Virus record (IMG/VR): IMGVR_UViG_3300034190_003093
Span: 117,543-137,542 of that record
Source of the DNA: an uncultured virus (IMG/VR IMGVR_UViG_3300034190_003093)
Lineage: Duplodnaviria; Heunggongvirae; Uroviricota; Caudoviricetes
DNA: 20,000 bases
Strand: one strand, 5' to 3'
Shown in pieces: positions 1 to 8,856 of this stretch (positions within the stretch are counted from its first letter, which is position 1; every line of letters starts with the position of its first letter). The translations under genes and the position numbers were made by a program. The notes under the pieces were generated by a model that was not told the DNA's origin, ran no database searches, and saw nothing but the letters and a program-made list of their open reading frames with translations.

Positions 1-1
1 T

Positions 2-667
2 GTGAAACTTATTTCCTATTCGAAGGCAACAGAAGACTTGGTATCCGAAGGATTGGATGACCTTCAAGACTTGATTGCATTTTGCGCTAAGGTATCAAAT
101 CCCAGTGCACAGATCAACAACGAAACAAGCGAACGTCTTCTTAACTATCTTGTTAAACATCAGCATTGGTCACCATTTGAGATGGTTAGTGCTTGCTTGG
201 AAATCGAAACGACACGTGATATTGCACATCAAATTGTGCGTCATAGAAGTTTTTCATTCCAGGAGTTCAGTCAACGTTATGCTAATCCTGCAGAAATGGG
301 AGACATGTTTGTATTGCGTGAAGCACGTTTGCAAGATACAAAGAACAGGCAGAACAGTGTAGAAGTCGACAGCGAAGAAGATATTCACTATGCCTGGGCA
401 ACTGAACAGCAAAAAGTAATTGATGCAGCCAGCGAAGCTTACAACTGGGCCATCAAAAACGGCATTGCCAAAGAACAAGCTCGTGCAGTGCTGCCCGAGG
501 GTAATACAAAAACAAGACTGTATATGAACGGAACTATTCGTAGTTGGATTCATTACATTGATTTGCGTGGTGCCAATGGCACACAAAAGGAGCATATGGA
601 AATTGCTCATGCTTGTGCAAAAGTTATTAACTATATTTTTCCAAACATTAAAAACTACACAGCCTAG
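2..667 (+). CDS. thyX: FAD-dependent thymidylate synthase ThyX (probably missing the first few codons at the window edge)
   Basis: ThyX signature RHRSFSFQEFSQRY (RHRx7S), plus HWSPFEM, EQARAVLP, MNGTIRSWIHYIDLR and TQKEH. The GTG at position 2 may be an internal Val codon. Confidence 0.96.
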   Translation: MKLISYSKATEDLVSEGLDDLQDLIAFCAKVSNPSAQINNETSERLLNYLVKHQHWSPFEMVSACLEIETTRDIAHQIVRHRSFSFQEFSQRYANPAEMGDMFVLREARLQDTKNRQNSVEVDSEEDIHYAWATEQQKVIDAASEAYNWAIKNGIAKEQARAVLPEGNTKTRLYMNGTIRSWIHYIDLRGANGTQKEHMEIAHACAKVINYIFPNIKNYTA

Positions 668-690
668 AATTAAGCAACTAATTACTAGAA

Positions 691-708
691 TATAAAAGGT
701 AAACAAAC
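691..708 (+). promoter_or_regulatory. Putative ribosome binding site (AAGGT) in the only intergenic gap, preceded by an AT-rich TATAAA
   Basis: tataaaaggtaaacaaac-ATG. AAGGT ends 8 nt upstream of the ATG at 709. Confidence 0.45.
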
Positions 709-1758
709 ATGGCTAAAAAGAAGCACCCAAATCAAAAGAAAAAACAAACAGAAAAAGTAGCAACCGAAGCTACATTACCTGTAGGAAGTAAAGTACTAGT
801 AACAGGCGGCTTGGGGCTTATTGGTCACAATGTTGTCGCAAAGCTGCAATCAGTAGGACATGAAGTACAAATCATCGATGTACTCACAACCTACAACAGC
901 ATCAACAAAGAAGAACTAGAGTACCTATACAACGAACGTATTAAAAAGATTTCTCCAGACACCCACATTTATAAATTAGATATTTGTGATGGCAAAGTTG
1001 ATGAAGTCTTTGCAAGCTTTAATCCAGATTATGTTATTCACTTGGCTAGCTTTCCAAGAGAAAAAGCAGTAAAGCACAACCCAATTGATGCAGCACACAC
1101 AATGGGCGAGGGCTTGATTAACATCATGGAATGTTGTGCACGACATGGTGTTAAAAAAGTATTGTATGCTAGTTCTAGCATGGTGTATGGCGACTTCGAA
1201 GATGATGTAAACGAAGATGCAGTACTAAATCCTCAAGGTGCATATGCAATTTGGAAAGCAGCTGGCGAGCAAATCATGCGTCAGTACAAACGTGCACACA
1301 ACTTAGATTATGTGATTGTTCGTCCTAGTGCAGTGTACGGTCCGTTAGATGTAGGTGATAGAGTTATCAGCAAATTCCTTATTAGTGCAATGTCCGGTGG
1401 AACACTTCAAGTTAATGGTGCTACAGAGAAACTGGACTTTACATATGTTGATGATGCAGCTGATGGCATGATTGCTGCTACATTCAGCGAGCACGTTGGC
1501 ACATACAATCTCACCAAGAGTCATAGCTGCACACTGGAAGAGGCTGCAAATCTTGCAGTTAAACTAGCTGGTAAAGGCTCAGTTAGCATGCATGCAAAAG
1601 ACGACGACTTCCCAAGTCGTGGTGCACTAAACATTGATGCAGCAAGAAAAGACTTTGGATTTGATCCAAAAGTTGATATTGATGAAGGCTTTCAAATCTA
1701 TTATGATTGGCTTACAAACAGTAGTTATTGGGCCGTTAATAAAGCACAAGTTGCATGA
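709..1758 (+). CDS. NAD-dependent nucleotide-sugar epimerase/dehydratase (extended SDR)
   Basis: VLVTGGLGLIG (GxxGxxG), VIHLAS, YASSSMVYG, catalytic YAIWK (YxxxK), RPSAVYGP and DFTYVDD. Carries a Lys-rich N-terminal extension. Confidence 0.93.
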   Translation: MAKKKHPNQKKKQTEKVATEATLPVGSKVLVTGGLGLIGHNVVAKLQSVGHEVQIIDVLTTYNSINKEELEYLYNERIKKISPDTHIYKLDICDGKVDEVFASFNPDYVIHLASFPREKAVKHNPIDAAHTMGEGLINIMECCARHGVKKVLYASSSMVYGDFEDDVNEDAVLNPQGAYAIWKAAGEQIMRQYKRAHNLDYVIVRPSAVYGPLDVGDRVISKFLISAMSGGTLQVNGATEKLDFTYVDDAADGMIAATFSEHVGTYNLTKSHSCTLEEAANLAVKLAGKGSVSMHAKDDDFPSRGALNIDAARKDFGFDPKVDIDEGFQIYYDWLTNSSYWAVNKAQVA

Positions 1759-2840
1759 AAATACCATTTACTAACTTACAAGCCCAATATCAGGATTGTA
1801 AACAAGATATCGATGCAGCAATACAACGTTGCCTCGATATCGACAGTTTTATTACAGGACCTGATGTTACAGAATTTGAACTAAAGTTTGCAGAATACCT
1901 TGGTGCCGATGATGTAGCAAGTTGCGGTAGCGGCACTACAGGACTTTATTGTGCAATGCGGGCATTGAACATCGGACCAGGTGATGAAGTAATCACAGTG
2001 AGCCATACGTTTGTTGCTACGCCCGAAAGTATTGTTATATGTGGAGCTACTCCGGTGTTCTGCGACATTGATCCAGACACTTGGCTAGTTGATCTTGATC
2101 AGTTGGAAACACTGATTAATAAAAACACTCGTGCTGTACTATTTGTAGACATTTACGGACAATGCCCCGACATTGAGCGAGTGCGCAGCATATGCAATCA
2201 TTACAATCTTGCAATGGTAGAGGATGCTGCACAAAGTGTGGGCAACCGGTGGAACGGTCGTCCGGTGGGAAGCCTCAGTGACATTACTTGTATGAGCTTT
2301 AATCCTGTGAAAAATTTGGGTGCAGTAGGTGATGCAGGCGCAGTAAGTGGCAGCAAGCATTACATGAATGAAGTTCGCAAGTATAGAGATCATGGTAGAA
2401 CTGGTCGTTACAACATTGTAGAAGTTGGATACAATGCTAGAATTGACAACATACAAAGCAATGTTGTTATGGCTAAATTGCCCAAGCTAGATGGCTGGCT
2501 TGAGCGCAAAAGAGAAATCTGTAACTATTACACCGAACAGTTATCAAGTGTGATTAAAACGCCTGTTACTGTAGAAGGTAACAGTCATAGCTGGTATGTG
2601 TATGTAATACAAACTGCCAATAGGGAAAGTTTAAAAGCACATCTCAATGACGCTGGCATTGGAACAAACATTCATTATATGAGAGCTGCTCACCAACAAC
2701 CAGCATTTGCACAGTGGAGCCGTAGTTTGCCAGTCACTGAGCGCACTGTAGACGAAATACTCAGCATACCGTGTTGGTATAGCATGACTGACAGCGAAGT
2801 TGATTATGTAGTAGACAATGTTAAAGGTTGGAAATCATGA
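1755..2840 (+). CDS. DegT/DnrJ/EryC1/StrS family PLP-dependent sugar aminotransferase
   Basis: GSGTTGL, GPGDEVIT..HTFVAT, GATPVFCDID, EDAAQ, SFNPVKNLGAVGDAG (Schiff-base Lys) and GYNARID. ATGA overlap with the upstream gene. Confidence 0.95.
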   Translation: MKIPFTNLQAQYQDCKQDIDAAIQRCLDIDSFITGPDVTEFELKFAEYLGADDVASCGSGTTGLYCAMRALNIGPGDEVITVSHTFVATPESIVICGATPVFCDIDPDTWLVDLDQLETLINKNTRAVLFVDIYGQCPDIERVRSICNHYNLAMVEDAAQSVGNRWNGRPVGSLSDITCMSFNPVKNLGAVGDAGAVSGSKHYMNEVRKYRDHGRTGRYNIVEVGYNARIDNIQSNVVMAKLPKLDGWLERKREICNYYTEQLSSVIKTPVTVEGNSHSWYVYVIQTANRESLKAHLNDAGIGTNIHYMRAAHQQPAFAQWSRSLPVTERTVDEILSIPCWYSMTDSEVDYVVDNVKGWKS

Positions 2841-3706
2841 AAATGAATTTGGTCGGAGCGGGCTACTGGGGAAGTAAACTCCTTGAAAGCTTGAAGCAGT
2901 TCGATGTTGATGCAACAGTAATTGACATACGCAACGGCCAAACCATCAATGACATCAACAACAGTGATCCAGTTATACTAGCAACACCATTGTGGCAGCA
3001 CCACGAGCAAACAGTTGAGCTGGTTAAACGTGGGCACGATGTGTATGTCGAAAAGCCAATGGCCGAAACTGCTGAACAAATTGAAGACATTGCCAGCCAT
3101 CTTAAAGATGATCAATTGATAATGGTAGGTCACATATTCCTGCACCATCCTCAAATACATTTGATTAAAAGCATGCTGGATAACGGCGACATTGGCGACT
3201 TGACTTATATTCGCAGTGAAAGATCAAATTGGGGAATTTATCAGACTAAAACAGATCCAGTGCTGAGTTTAGCAACACATGATATCAGCATTGTGAATTA
3301 TTTCCAAGGCCCAATGACTGTAACCAATGCACAAAGTTGGAACTACAGTAATAATGTAGTACCTGACAGAGTTTGGTTTAGTGGCACACCCGGTTACGAT
3401 ATTGATGTCAGCTGGTATAGTCCAGTGCGTATTCGTCGCACTGTGTTGCTAGGAACCAAAGGACAAATTGTTTGGGACCAAGATGCTAACACTGTTACTG
3501 TTAGCAAACACAGTATAGAAGATCGCAGAAGTATAACCGATGCTTCCCCTAAAGTATATGAATACGATTACGAATATTCGCCCTTGGAATACGAATTAAA
3601 GCATTGGGTAGATTGTGTTGTTAATCGTACTACACCAAGCACAGGCATACGCAATGCATTAGAAGTTGCTAATGTTATTGATTCCCTTAAAGGGATCCGT
3701 ACTTAG
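2837..3706 (+). CDS. Gfo/Idh/MocA family NAD-dependent oxidoreductase (sugar/cyclitol dehydrogenase)
   Basis: VGAGYWG, VYVEKPMA, MVGH, LATHD and PLEYELKHW. Start reassigned to the ATG at 2837, which overlaps the aminotransferase stop (ATGA). Confidence 0.88.
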   Translation: MKMNLVGAGYWGSKLLESLKQFDVDATVIDIRNGQTINDINNSDPVILATPLWQHHEQTVELVKRGHDVYVEKPMAETAEQIEDIASHLKDDQLIMVGHIFLHHPQIHLIKSMLDNGDIGDLTYIRSERSNWGIYQTKTDPVLSLATHDISIVNYFQGPMTVTNAQSWNYSNNVVPDRVWFSGTPGYDIDVSWYSPVRIRRTVLLGTKGQIVWDQDANTVTVSKHSIEDRRSITDASPKVYEYDYEYSPLEYELKHWVDCVVNRTTPSTGIRNALEVANVIDSLKGIRT

Positions 3707-5261
3707 AATCAAAGTACTGTCTCAGCCAGGTCCAATCAAATGCAGCCTTTAATTTAGGCAAATCTGGACCAGTTGCTTTAAAGAACTCCACACCATCGCG
3801 GGCACCATTTAACACCCATTCACTGTGTGGGCCGTATGCTTCGCTGGTCCATACATGCAATCGATGACGAGCTTCCATGTTAGGATTTCCATCCAAGAAG
3901 TAACTCAATTTACTAGCTTCTCTAAATGCAGTACGCCAAGCTTGATACGGACTAGTAGCAAAGTTTCCATAACAACTTAGCTCAGGAACTACTTCAACTG
4001 GAAAGCTCATTGTGAAGTCTAGTCCTAGCTCGCTGTAATCAGCACTTTCAATTACCAAGCGATTATTATATAATATAACTCCCATGTGCCCGTATACTAA
4101 ATTGTTGCTCATGTTTTTGCAATTAAAAATATAGTGATTAGGTTGTTTCATATAATCGGGTACATAGTCAAACTTAAACTCTGGATTTAGTTCAGTTTTT
4201 GCAAACACATGATAACTCCAGGGTGTGTTGCTTTTTGAGCTTGCTGCCTGCAACGCTTGTTGCATGCCGTTGACTCCGTGCACACGATGCACAGTATTAG
4301 GCAAATCTTTTGTTATTTCTAATAATGTATTATAATTCTTTTCAGCATCAATTTCATCATAACTGATATAAACAATATCCTGAGGCCGAGATGGAAGTGT
4401 AGGACGGCTTTTATCCAACCATGGATAGTCATAAATTTGCTCATTTAAATGATTCTTAACTTCTCGCGGAATTAATACAGTACTTGCACCTGCTACTAAT
4501 GGGACAACTGTCTTGGTTTGTTCTTGCCACAAACTAATTGCTGGCACATCAATCTGCGCATTGTCATAACGACGAAATACTGCATAAGGCTCAACAAATT
4601 CGTGTTGCCATACTGCATCAACCACAGTGTCTGCGTCGAAGTCAACAAAAGGCATAGGCTGACGTTTTACTGTCCAAACATCTGTAACAAAATGCAGTGT
4701 TTCAAACCATTCAAGTATTTTTAAGTTTTCTGTTTTAGCTAAAAAACTAGGCACATGCACATAAAAAGTATCGCCAAACTTTTGTTCATTGCTAGGAAAT
4801 ACGTGCAGCATGTCGTGCTGGTATTCACTGTGATGCCAAGTGAAATCAAAATCTTCGTAATTGCAAACATCAGCTGTAACCCAACAATACTCCCAATCTA
4901 CTTTCTTTAACACTCGACGCATTGTGCCCAAGTAATCACTGATATATCGTGTGTTGATATCACCCAAGTCCGGACTGGATGGGCTGTGTTTTATATGCAG
5001 TCTAGGTGCTTGCCCGGTGTGTCTTATAATGTCATGATTATAGTTTTTGTCCACAGCTCCTTGTTTTGGGACAAGCATAGTGCCAGAGTTTTCTTGGTGC
5101 TGACTGGGCCACACGTGTATTTGTTCACTTTCCCAAGGTGCCGGCTCCCAGGAGAAGTCAAAGTTAGAATAATCACACCGGTCATCTAATACCCATAAGT
5201 ACCTAGTCCTGCTGAGTTTGCAGGCTTCATTAATGTCTATGGAATAAAATTTATCAAACAT
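3687..5261 (-). CDS. Putative glycosyltransferase-like protein built from internally repeated domains
   Basis: 524-aa ORF with repeats YLWVLDDRCDYSNFDFSW..IHVWPS and YCWVTADVCNYEDFDFTW..LHVFPS. The C-terminal domain DIVYISYDE..HRVHGVNG..QAWRTAFRE resembles GT-A-like proteins. Function is inferred. Confidence 0.55.
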   Translation of the reverse strand: MFDKFYSIDINEACKLSRTRYLWVLDDRCDYSNFDFSWEPAPWESEQIHVWPSQHQENSGTMLVPKQGAVDKNYNHDIIRHTGQAPRLHIKHSPSSPDLGDINTRYISDYLGTMRRVLKKVDWEYCWVTADVCNYEDFDFTWHHSEYQHDMLHVFPSNEQKFGDTFYVHVPSFLAKTENLKILEWFETLHFVTDVWTVKRQPMPFVDFDADTVVDAVWQHEFVEPYAVFRRYDNAQIDVPAISLWQEQTKTVVPLVAGASTVLIPREVKNHLNEQIYDYPWLDKSRPTLPSRPQDIVYISYDEIDAEKNYNTLLEITKDLPNTVHRVHGVNGMQQALQAASSKSNTPWSYHVFAKTELNPEFKFDYVPDYMKQPNHYIFNCKNMSNNLVYGHMGVILYNNRLVIESADYSELGLDFTMSFPVEVVPELSCYGNFATSPYQAWRTAFREASKLSYFLDGNPNMEARHRLHVWTSEAYGPHSEWVLNGARDGVEFFKATGPDLPKLKAAFDWTWLRQYFDSKYGSL

Positions 5262-6372
5262 GATTAGAATCGACGAAGTTTACGATAATGTTTTTCTGCC
5301 ACGTGCATTGGCACAGACCAACGAAGGCTGCAAAGATAATTGCAACTATCGAGTTGGTTTGCACTGGTTTGACCCCTTTGGTACAACGGATTTTCAAAAC
5401 ATACGTAGTCAACCGCCTGCCAATTGGAGCATGCTGCCAGAACAAACTGGAAATCCCAAAGATAGCACTAGAGTTATATTCTGGGATCAAGAAGTGTTGA
5501 ATAGATTTAGATTTCATAATTTTATCACACCATTTTTAGATATGTTTGAGTCCAACATCAAAAGACTTGTTACCAGTGAATACAATAGCGAAGATGCTCA
5601 GTGGGCTTGTGATACTTATGGACTCACTAGCGACTATTATTTTTTTCATGGATGGGCTGCACTTGACTGGTATCGGGGATATAACAGAACTAGTTTAGCA
5701 CAACCTTTTGCAGAGCGCAAGCCATATAATACATTTCTTTGTCCTAATAATATAATTGGTGGTGAACGTCGACATCGAATTGAACTTTTAAATCAGTTTG
5801 CAAACAGAAATATGTTGGACCGAAATCTTATATCATTTCCAGACACATGCCCATATGAAGGGTTGTCGATTAATGCTATATGCAAAAAGTATAACTTACA
5901 GGTACCAAATGTTCGATTACCTCTTACCATTGACAATGGTAGTGGATACGCTGCACAAAGTCATAGAATTGATTTATGGGAACAAGCAAACAATAGTTTA
6001 ATACAAGTTGTAACAGAAACAGCGTACGACGGTAACAAGCAACACTTAACTGAAAAATCATTTAAGCCTATAGTAATGCAACAGCCGTTTATAATACAGA
6101 GTTGCAAAGGCAGTTTAGAATATTTGCGCCGTTACGGATTTAAAACATTCAGCGAATTCTGGGACGAAAGTTACGACGAGCACGAAGACGACAGACGAAC
6201 TCAGGAAATCGGCAAAGTATTATACGATATTAACAATATGAGCCAAAAAGAAAAAGCCTCTCTGCAAAAGGCTGTAAGTAATACTGTACAACACAACTTC
6301 GACTGGTTTTATAGTGACAAGTTTGAGAACATACTATGGGACGAACTCAACGAAATGACAAATCAATGGTAA
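5260..6372 (+). CDS. Putative glycosyltransferase, GT10 (alpha-1,3-fucosyltransferase)-like C-terminal motif; paralog 1
   Basis: 370-aa ORF with VVTET..HLTEKSFKPIVMQQPFII..GSLEYLRRYGFKTF..DESYD, resembling the GT10 FENS..TEK..P motif. Confidence 0.55.
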   Translation: MIRIDEVYDNVFLPRALAQTNEGCKDNCNYRVGLHWFDPFGTTDFQNIRSQPPANWSMLPEQTGNPKDSTRVIFWDQEVLNRFRFHNFITPFLDMFESNIKRLVTSEYNSEDAQWACDTYGLTSDYYFFHGWAALDWYRGYNRTSLAQPFAERKPYNTFLCPNNIIGGERRHRIELLNQFANRNMLDRNLISFPDTCPYEGLSINAICKKYNLQVPNVRLPLTIDNGSGYAAQSHRIDLWEQANNSLIQVVTETAYDGNKQHLTEKSFKPIVMQQPFIIQSCKGSLEYLRRYGFKTFSEFWDESYDEHEDDRRTQEIGKVLYDINNMSQKEKASLQKAVSNTVQHNFDWFYSDKFENILWDELNEMTNQW

Positions 6373-7541
6373 CATTTTGTGCAGATCAATTTAAAGGCGA
6401 TGTGCCTTTTCCTAACTGTGCTACTTGGGATGCAGCTCCGTACACACCAGAATGGCGCAAATTTAGTTTGAACAGCCCGTTTAGCGAACCAGTGCATTTT
6501 TACGAATATCTAAAACAAGAAGGCATTGACTACACTGTGGTCAAAACTGATGATGCACCCAATGGCAGCATATATCCAATTAGTCTTAGCTTTTTTGATT
6601 TCACTGTGGAATGGTTTGATATTATCCCAAAAAACGTTGTAAAACGTCTCGTAGACAACCAACTAAAAATTTGGTTTTTCTACAGCGAAGGAGATAACCC
6701 TTTTCGCATAAAAAAACATATTAAAAAACAAATGGTTACAGCAGGCATTTCGCCAGAAAACCTGCATTTTACCACCGCAAACACTAAAAGCCATGATCTT
6801 GCACAATTCAGCTACTTATGTGACGACGAGCTGTTATACCGGCTCCGTAATGAAGGTTTAGCAACTGAATTCCATGACCGTCCACGCAGTAAAAATTTTA
6901 CTGCACTTGTGCGCACACACAAATGGTGGCGGGCTAATACAATGACCAGACTGTGGATGAAAGGGTTGCACGAAAAAGGATTCTTTAGTTACAATGCTGA
7001 TATTAGTGTGGGTGATTTACCAGAAGATAATCCAGTCGAAGTTGATAGCTTTGGTAGCCTTAGACATCACACCGAATTCTTTTTAAAGCTATGCCCGTTC
7101 CATGCTGACCTGTTGAGCAGCAACGAACATAATTTGTACCATCACACTGTGGCAGCACATCACGACGATGCATACTTTAATTTTGTAATTGAAACACATT
7201 TAGATGTAGATCAAAGCAATGGTGTGTTCTTAACAGAAAAAACATTTAAACCTATTAAGCATGCACAGCCATTTGTAATTGTTGGTGCCGCTGGTAGTAT
7301 ACAACAGTTACGTGACATGGGATACAAGACATTCGATCATGTGGTTGATCACAGCTATGACAACATCTCTAACAACACCGAGCGCTGGAATGCAGTGTGC
7401 AACGAAATGGAACGAATTGCAAAATCTAAAAAAATACATCAAATGTATATAGATTGTAAAGAAGATTTGCTGCACAATCAACAGTTATTCTTGGCTAGCA
7501 AAGCCAATAGATTAGAAACAATATTAGGAAAATTAAAATGA
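6366..7541 (+). CDS. Putative glycosyltransferase, GT10-like C-terminal motif; paralog 2
   Basis: YFNFVIET..FLTEKTFKPIKHAQPFVIVG..LRDMGYKTF..DHSYD aligns by eye with the upstream ORF. Start reassigned to the ATG at 6366 (7-nt overlap). Confidence 0.55.
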   Translation: MVTFCADQFKGDVPFPNCATWDAAPYTPEWRKFSLNSPFSEPVHFYEYLKQEGIDYTVVKTDDAPNGSIYPISLSFFDFTVEWFDIIPKNVVKRLVDNQLKIWFFYSEGDNPFRIKKHIKKQMVTAGISPENLHFTTANTKSHDLAQFSYLCDDELLYRLRNEGLATEFHDRPRSKNFTALVRTHKWWRANTMTRLWMKGLHEKGFFSYNADISVGDLPEDNPVEVDSFGSLRHHTEFFLKLCPFHADLLSSNEHNLYHHTVAAHHDDAYFNFVIETHLDVDQSNGVFLTEKTFKPIKHAQPFVIVGAAGSIQQLRDMGYKTFDHVVDHSYDNISNNTERWNAVCNEMERIAKSKKIHQMYIDCKEDLLHNQQLFLASKANRLETILGKLK

Positions 7542-8563
7542 GCAAAGTAAGCAGCTATACTAGTTGGCAACCATTGGAAGAAGTTATTGTTGGTCGTGCA
7601 TACACACCTGACTACTTTGACTTTATCGACGATGCACAAGTTCGTAACCAGCTACAACAAATTTTAGCAGAAACAAACGAAGACTTGGACAACTTGCAAA
7701 AGACTTGTGAAGAATATGGTGCTGTTGTAAAACGCCCTAGTTTACCCGATAAAGACAATTTCCAAGGAGGCCAAGTCGCCGACGGTGGCGCACCATTGCC
7801 TCCGCTTACACCACGTGATTGGCAGATTAGTTTAGGTGACAAGCTGTTGCGAGTATTGCCAGTTGACGAATTAAATGATATTTGTGCCGAATACGGAGAT
7901 CAAGTTATTAACCCACACGGTGAAACATTTGATCCTGATTGCATTTTAAATGGTGCTAGTGCTAGTTGCATCGTGCGTGTTGGTCGTGACGTGTTCTTTG
8001 ACAATAGCGATTATTTACAACCGCATCAAACTAAATGGATTGTAGAAAATGCATTAGGCCCAGAATATCGTGTACACGAAGCAATTACAGACGGCCACGG
8101 CGATGCTGTATTTGCCATTCTCAAACCAGGTGTTATTCTTTCAAGCAAGTGGGATGATCAACTCAACTTAGCCGAAGACTTTCCGGGATGGGACGTTTGT
8201 AAAATATGGGATAGTAGTATCTGGGCTGCAATGGAAGTTGGTAAGTTTAAAGAAGAAAACTTCAACGGCTCTTGGTATGTGCAAGGACAAACCCCAACAC
8301 AAGAATTCAGCAACTTTGTAGACCAGTATCTCAGTAAATGGGTTGGCTTTGTCAGCGACACAGTGTTCGATGTTAACTGCCTTGTGTTAGACGAAGAAAA
8401 TGTTGTCTTTAGTGCGTATAATAAAGAAGTATTTGATTATTGCGCCAAGCACAAAATCAATCCTATTATTAGCGAACTGCGTCACAGTTATTTCTGGGAT
8501 GGTGGTATTAGTTGTTGCACACAAGACATTAGGCGCAAAGGTGGATTAGAGAGTTATCTCTAA
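7538..8563 (+). CDS. Amidinotransferase (glycine / inosamine-phosphate amidinotransferase-like, pentein fold)
   Basis: N-terminal SYTSWQPLEEVIVGRA, GAVVKRP, PRD, RVGRD, GHGDAVF (HxD), DVNCLVLDE and C-terminal GGISCCTQDIRR with the nucleophilic Cys. Confidence 0.85.
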   Translation: MSKVSSYTSWQPLEEVIVGRAYTPDYFDFIDDAQVRNQLQQILAETNEDLDNLQKTCEEYGAVVKRPSLPDKDNFQGGQVADGGAPLPPLTPRDWQISLGDKLLRVLPVDELNDICAEYGDQVINPHGETFDPDCILNGASASCIVRVGRDVFFDNSDYLQPHQTKWIVENALGPEYRVHEAITDGHGDAVFAILKPGVILSSKWDDQLNLAEDFPGWDVCKIWDSSIWAAMEVGKFKEENFNGSWYVQGQTPTQEFSNFVDQYLSKWVGFVSDTVFDVNCLVLDEENVVFSAYNKEVFDYCAKHKINPIISELRHSYFWDGGISCCTQDIRRKGGLESYL

Positions 8564-8856
8564 CCCCAGCCCATTATAATTTTAGTATCTTCTGGCACCA
8601 TGTCCAGGCTAAATGGTGGATCAAACACTAGTTGCCTATCTACAGTTTCAATACCTTCAACGCCTTGCACTGCTACGTCGATGTCATTGCAAATTTGATC
8701 TGCAAACGGGCACATCATGCTAGTAAGTGTGTGTTCCACCATGCAATGCGATCCGGTTATTTCAATGTTGTAGATTAATCCCAAATCAAATACATTAATT
8801 GGAACTTCTGGATCGTGCACTTGACGTAGTGCTTCTTTGACATCATCTATCAGCAA
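8560..8856 (-). CDS. SufT/PaaD-like (DUF59) iron-sulfur cluster assembly factor
   Basis: ALRQVHDPEVPINVFDLGLIY, TLTSMMCP and LVFDPPF match the DPE-x-T-x-C pattern of DUF59. TTG start with AGGGG upstream. Confidence 0.9.
   Translation of the reverse strand: MLIDDVKEALRQVHDPEVPINVFDLGLIYNIEITGSHCMVEHTLTSMMCPFADQICNDIDVAVQGVEGIETVDRQLVFDPPFSLDMVPEDTKIIMGWG

Noticed and set aside
691..698. TATAAAAG as a T4-type late promoter
   Set aside because: It does not match the TATAAATA consensus and overlaps the probable RBS. A single AT-rich hit is not enough.
3683..3695. Inverted repeat TCCCT-TAA-AGGGA at the convergent gene overlap
   Set aside because: Only a 5-bp stem with no U tract, so it is too weak to call a terminator or an inversion site.
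6336..6365. Longer ORF-track starts at 6336, 2828 and 12682
   Set aside because: Downstream ATGs at 6366, 2837 and 12661 give the short stop/start overlaps typical of this window and, for KdsA and the oxidoreductase, family-typical N-termini.
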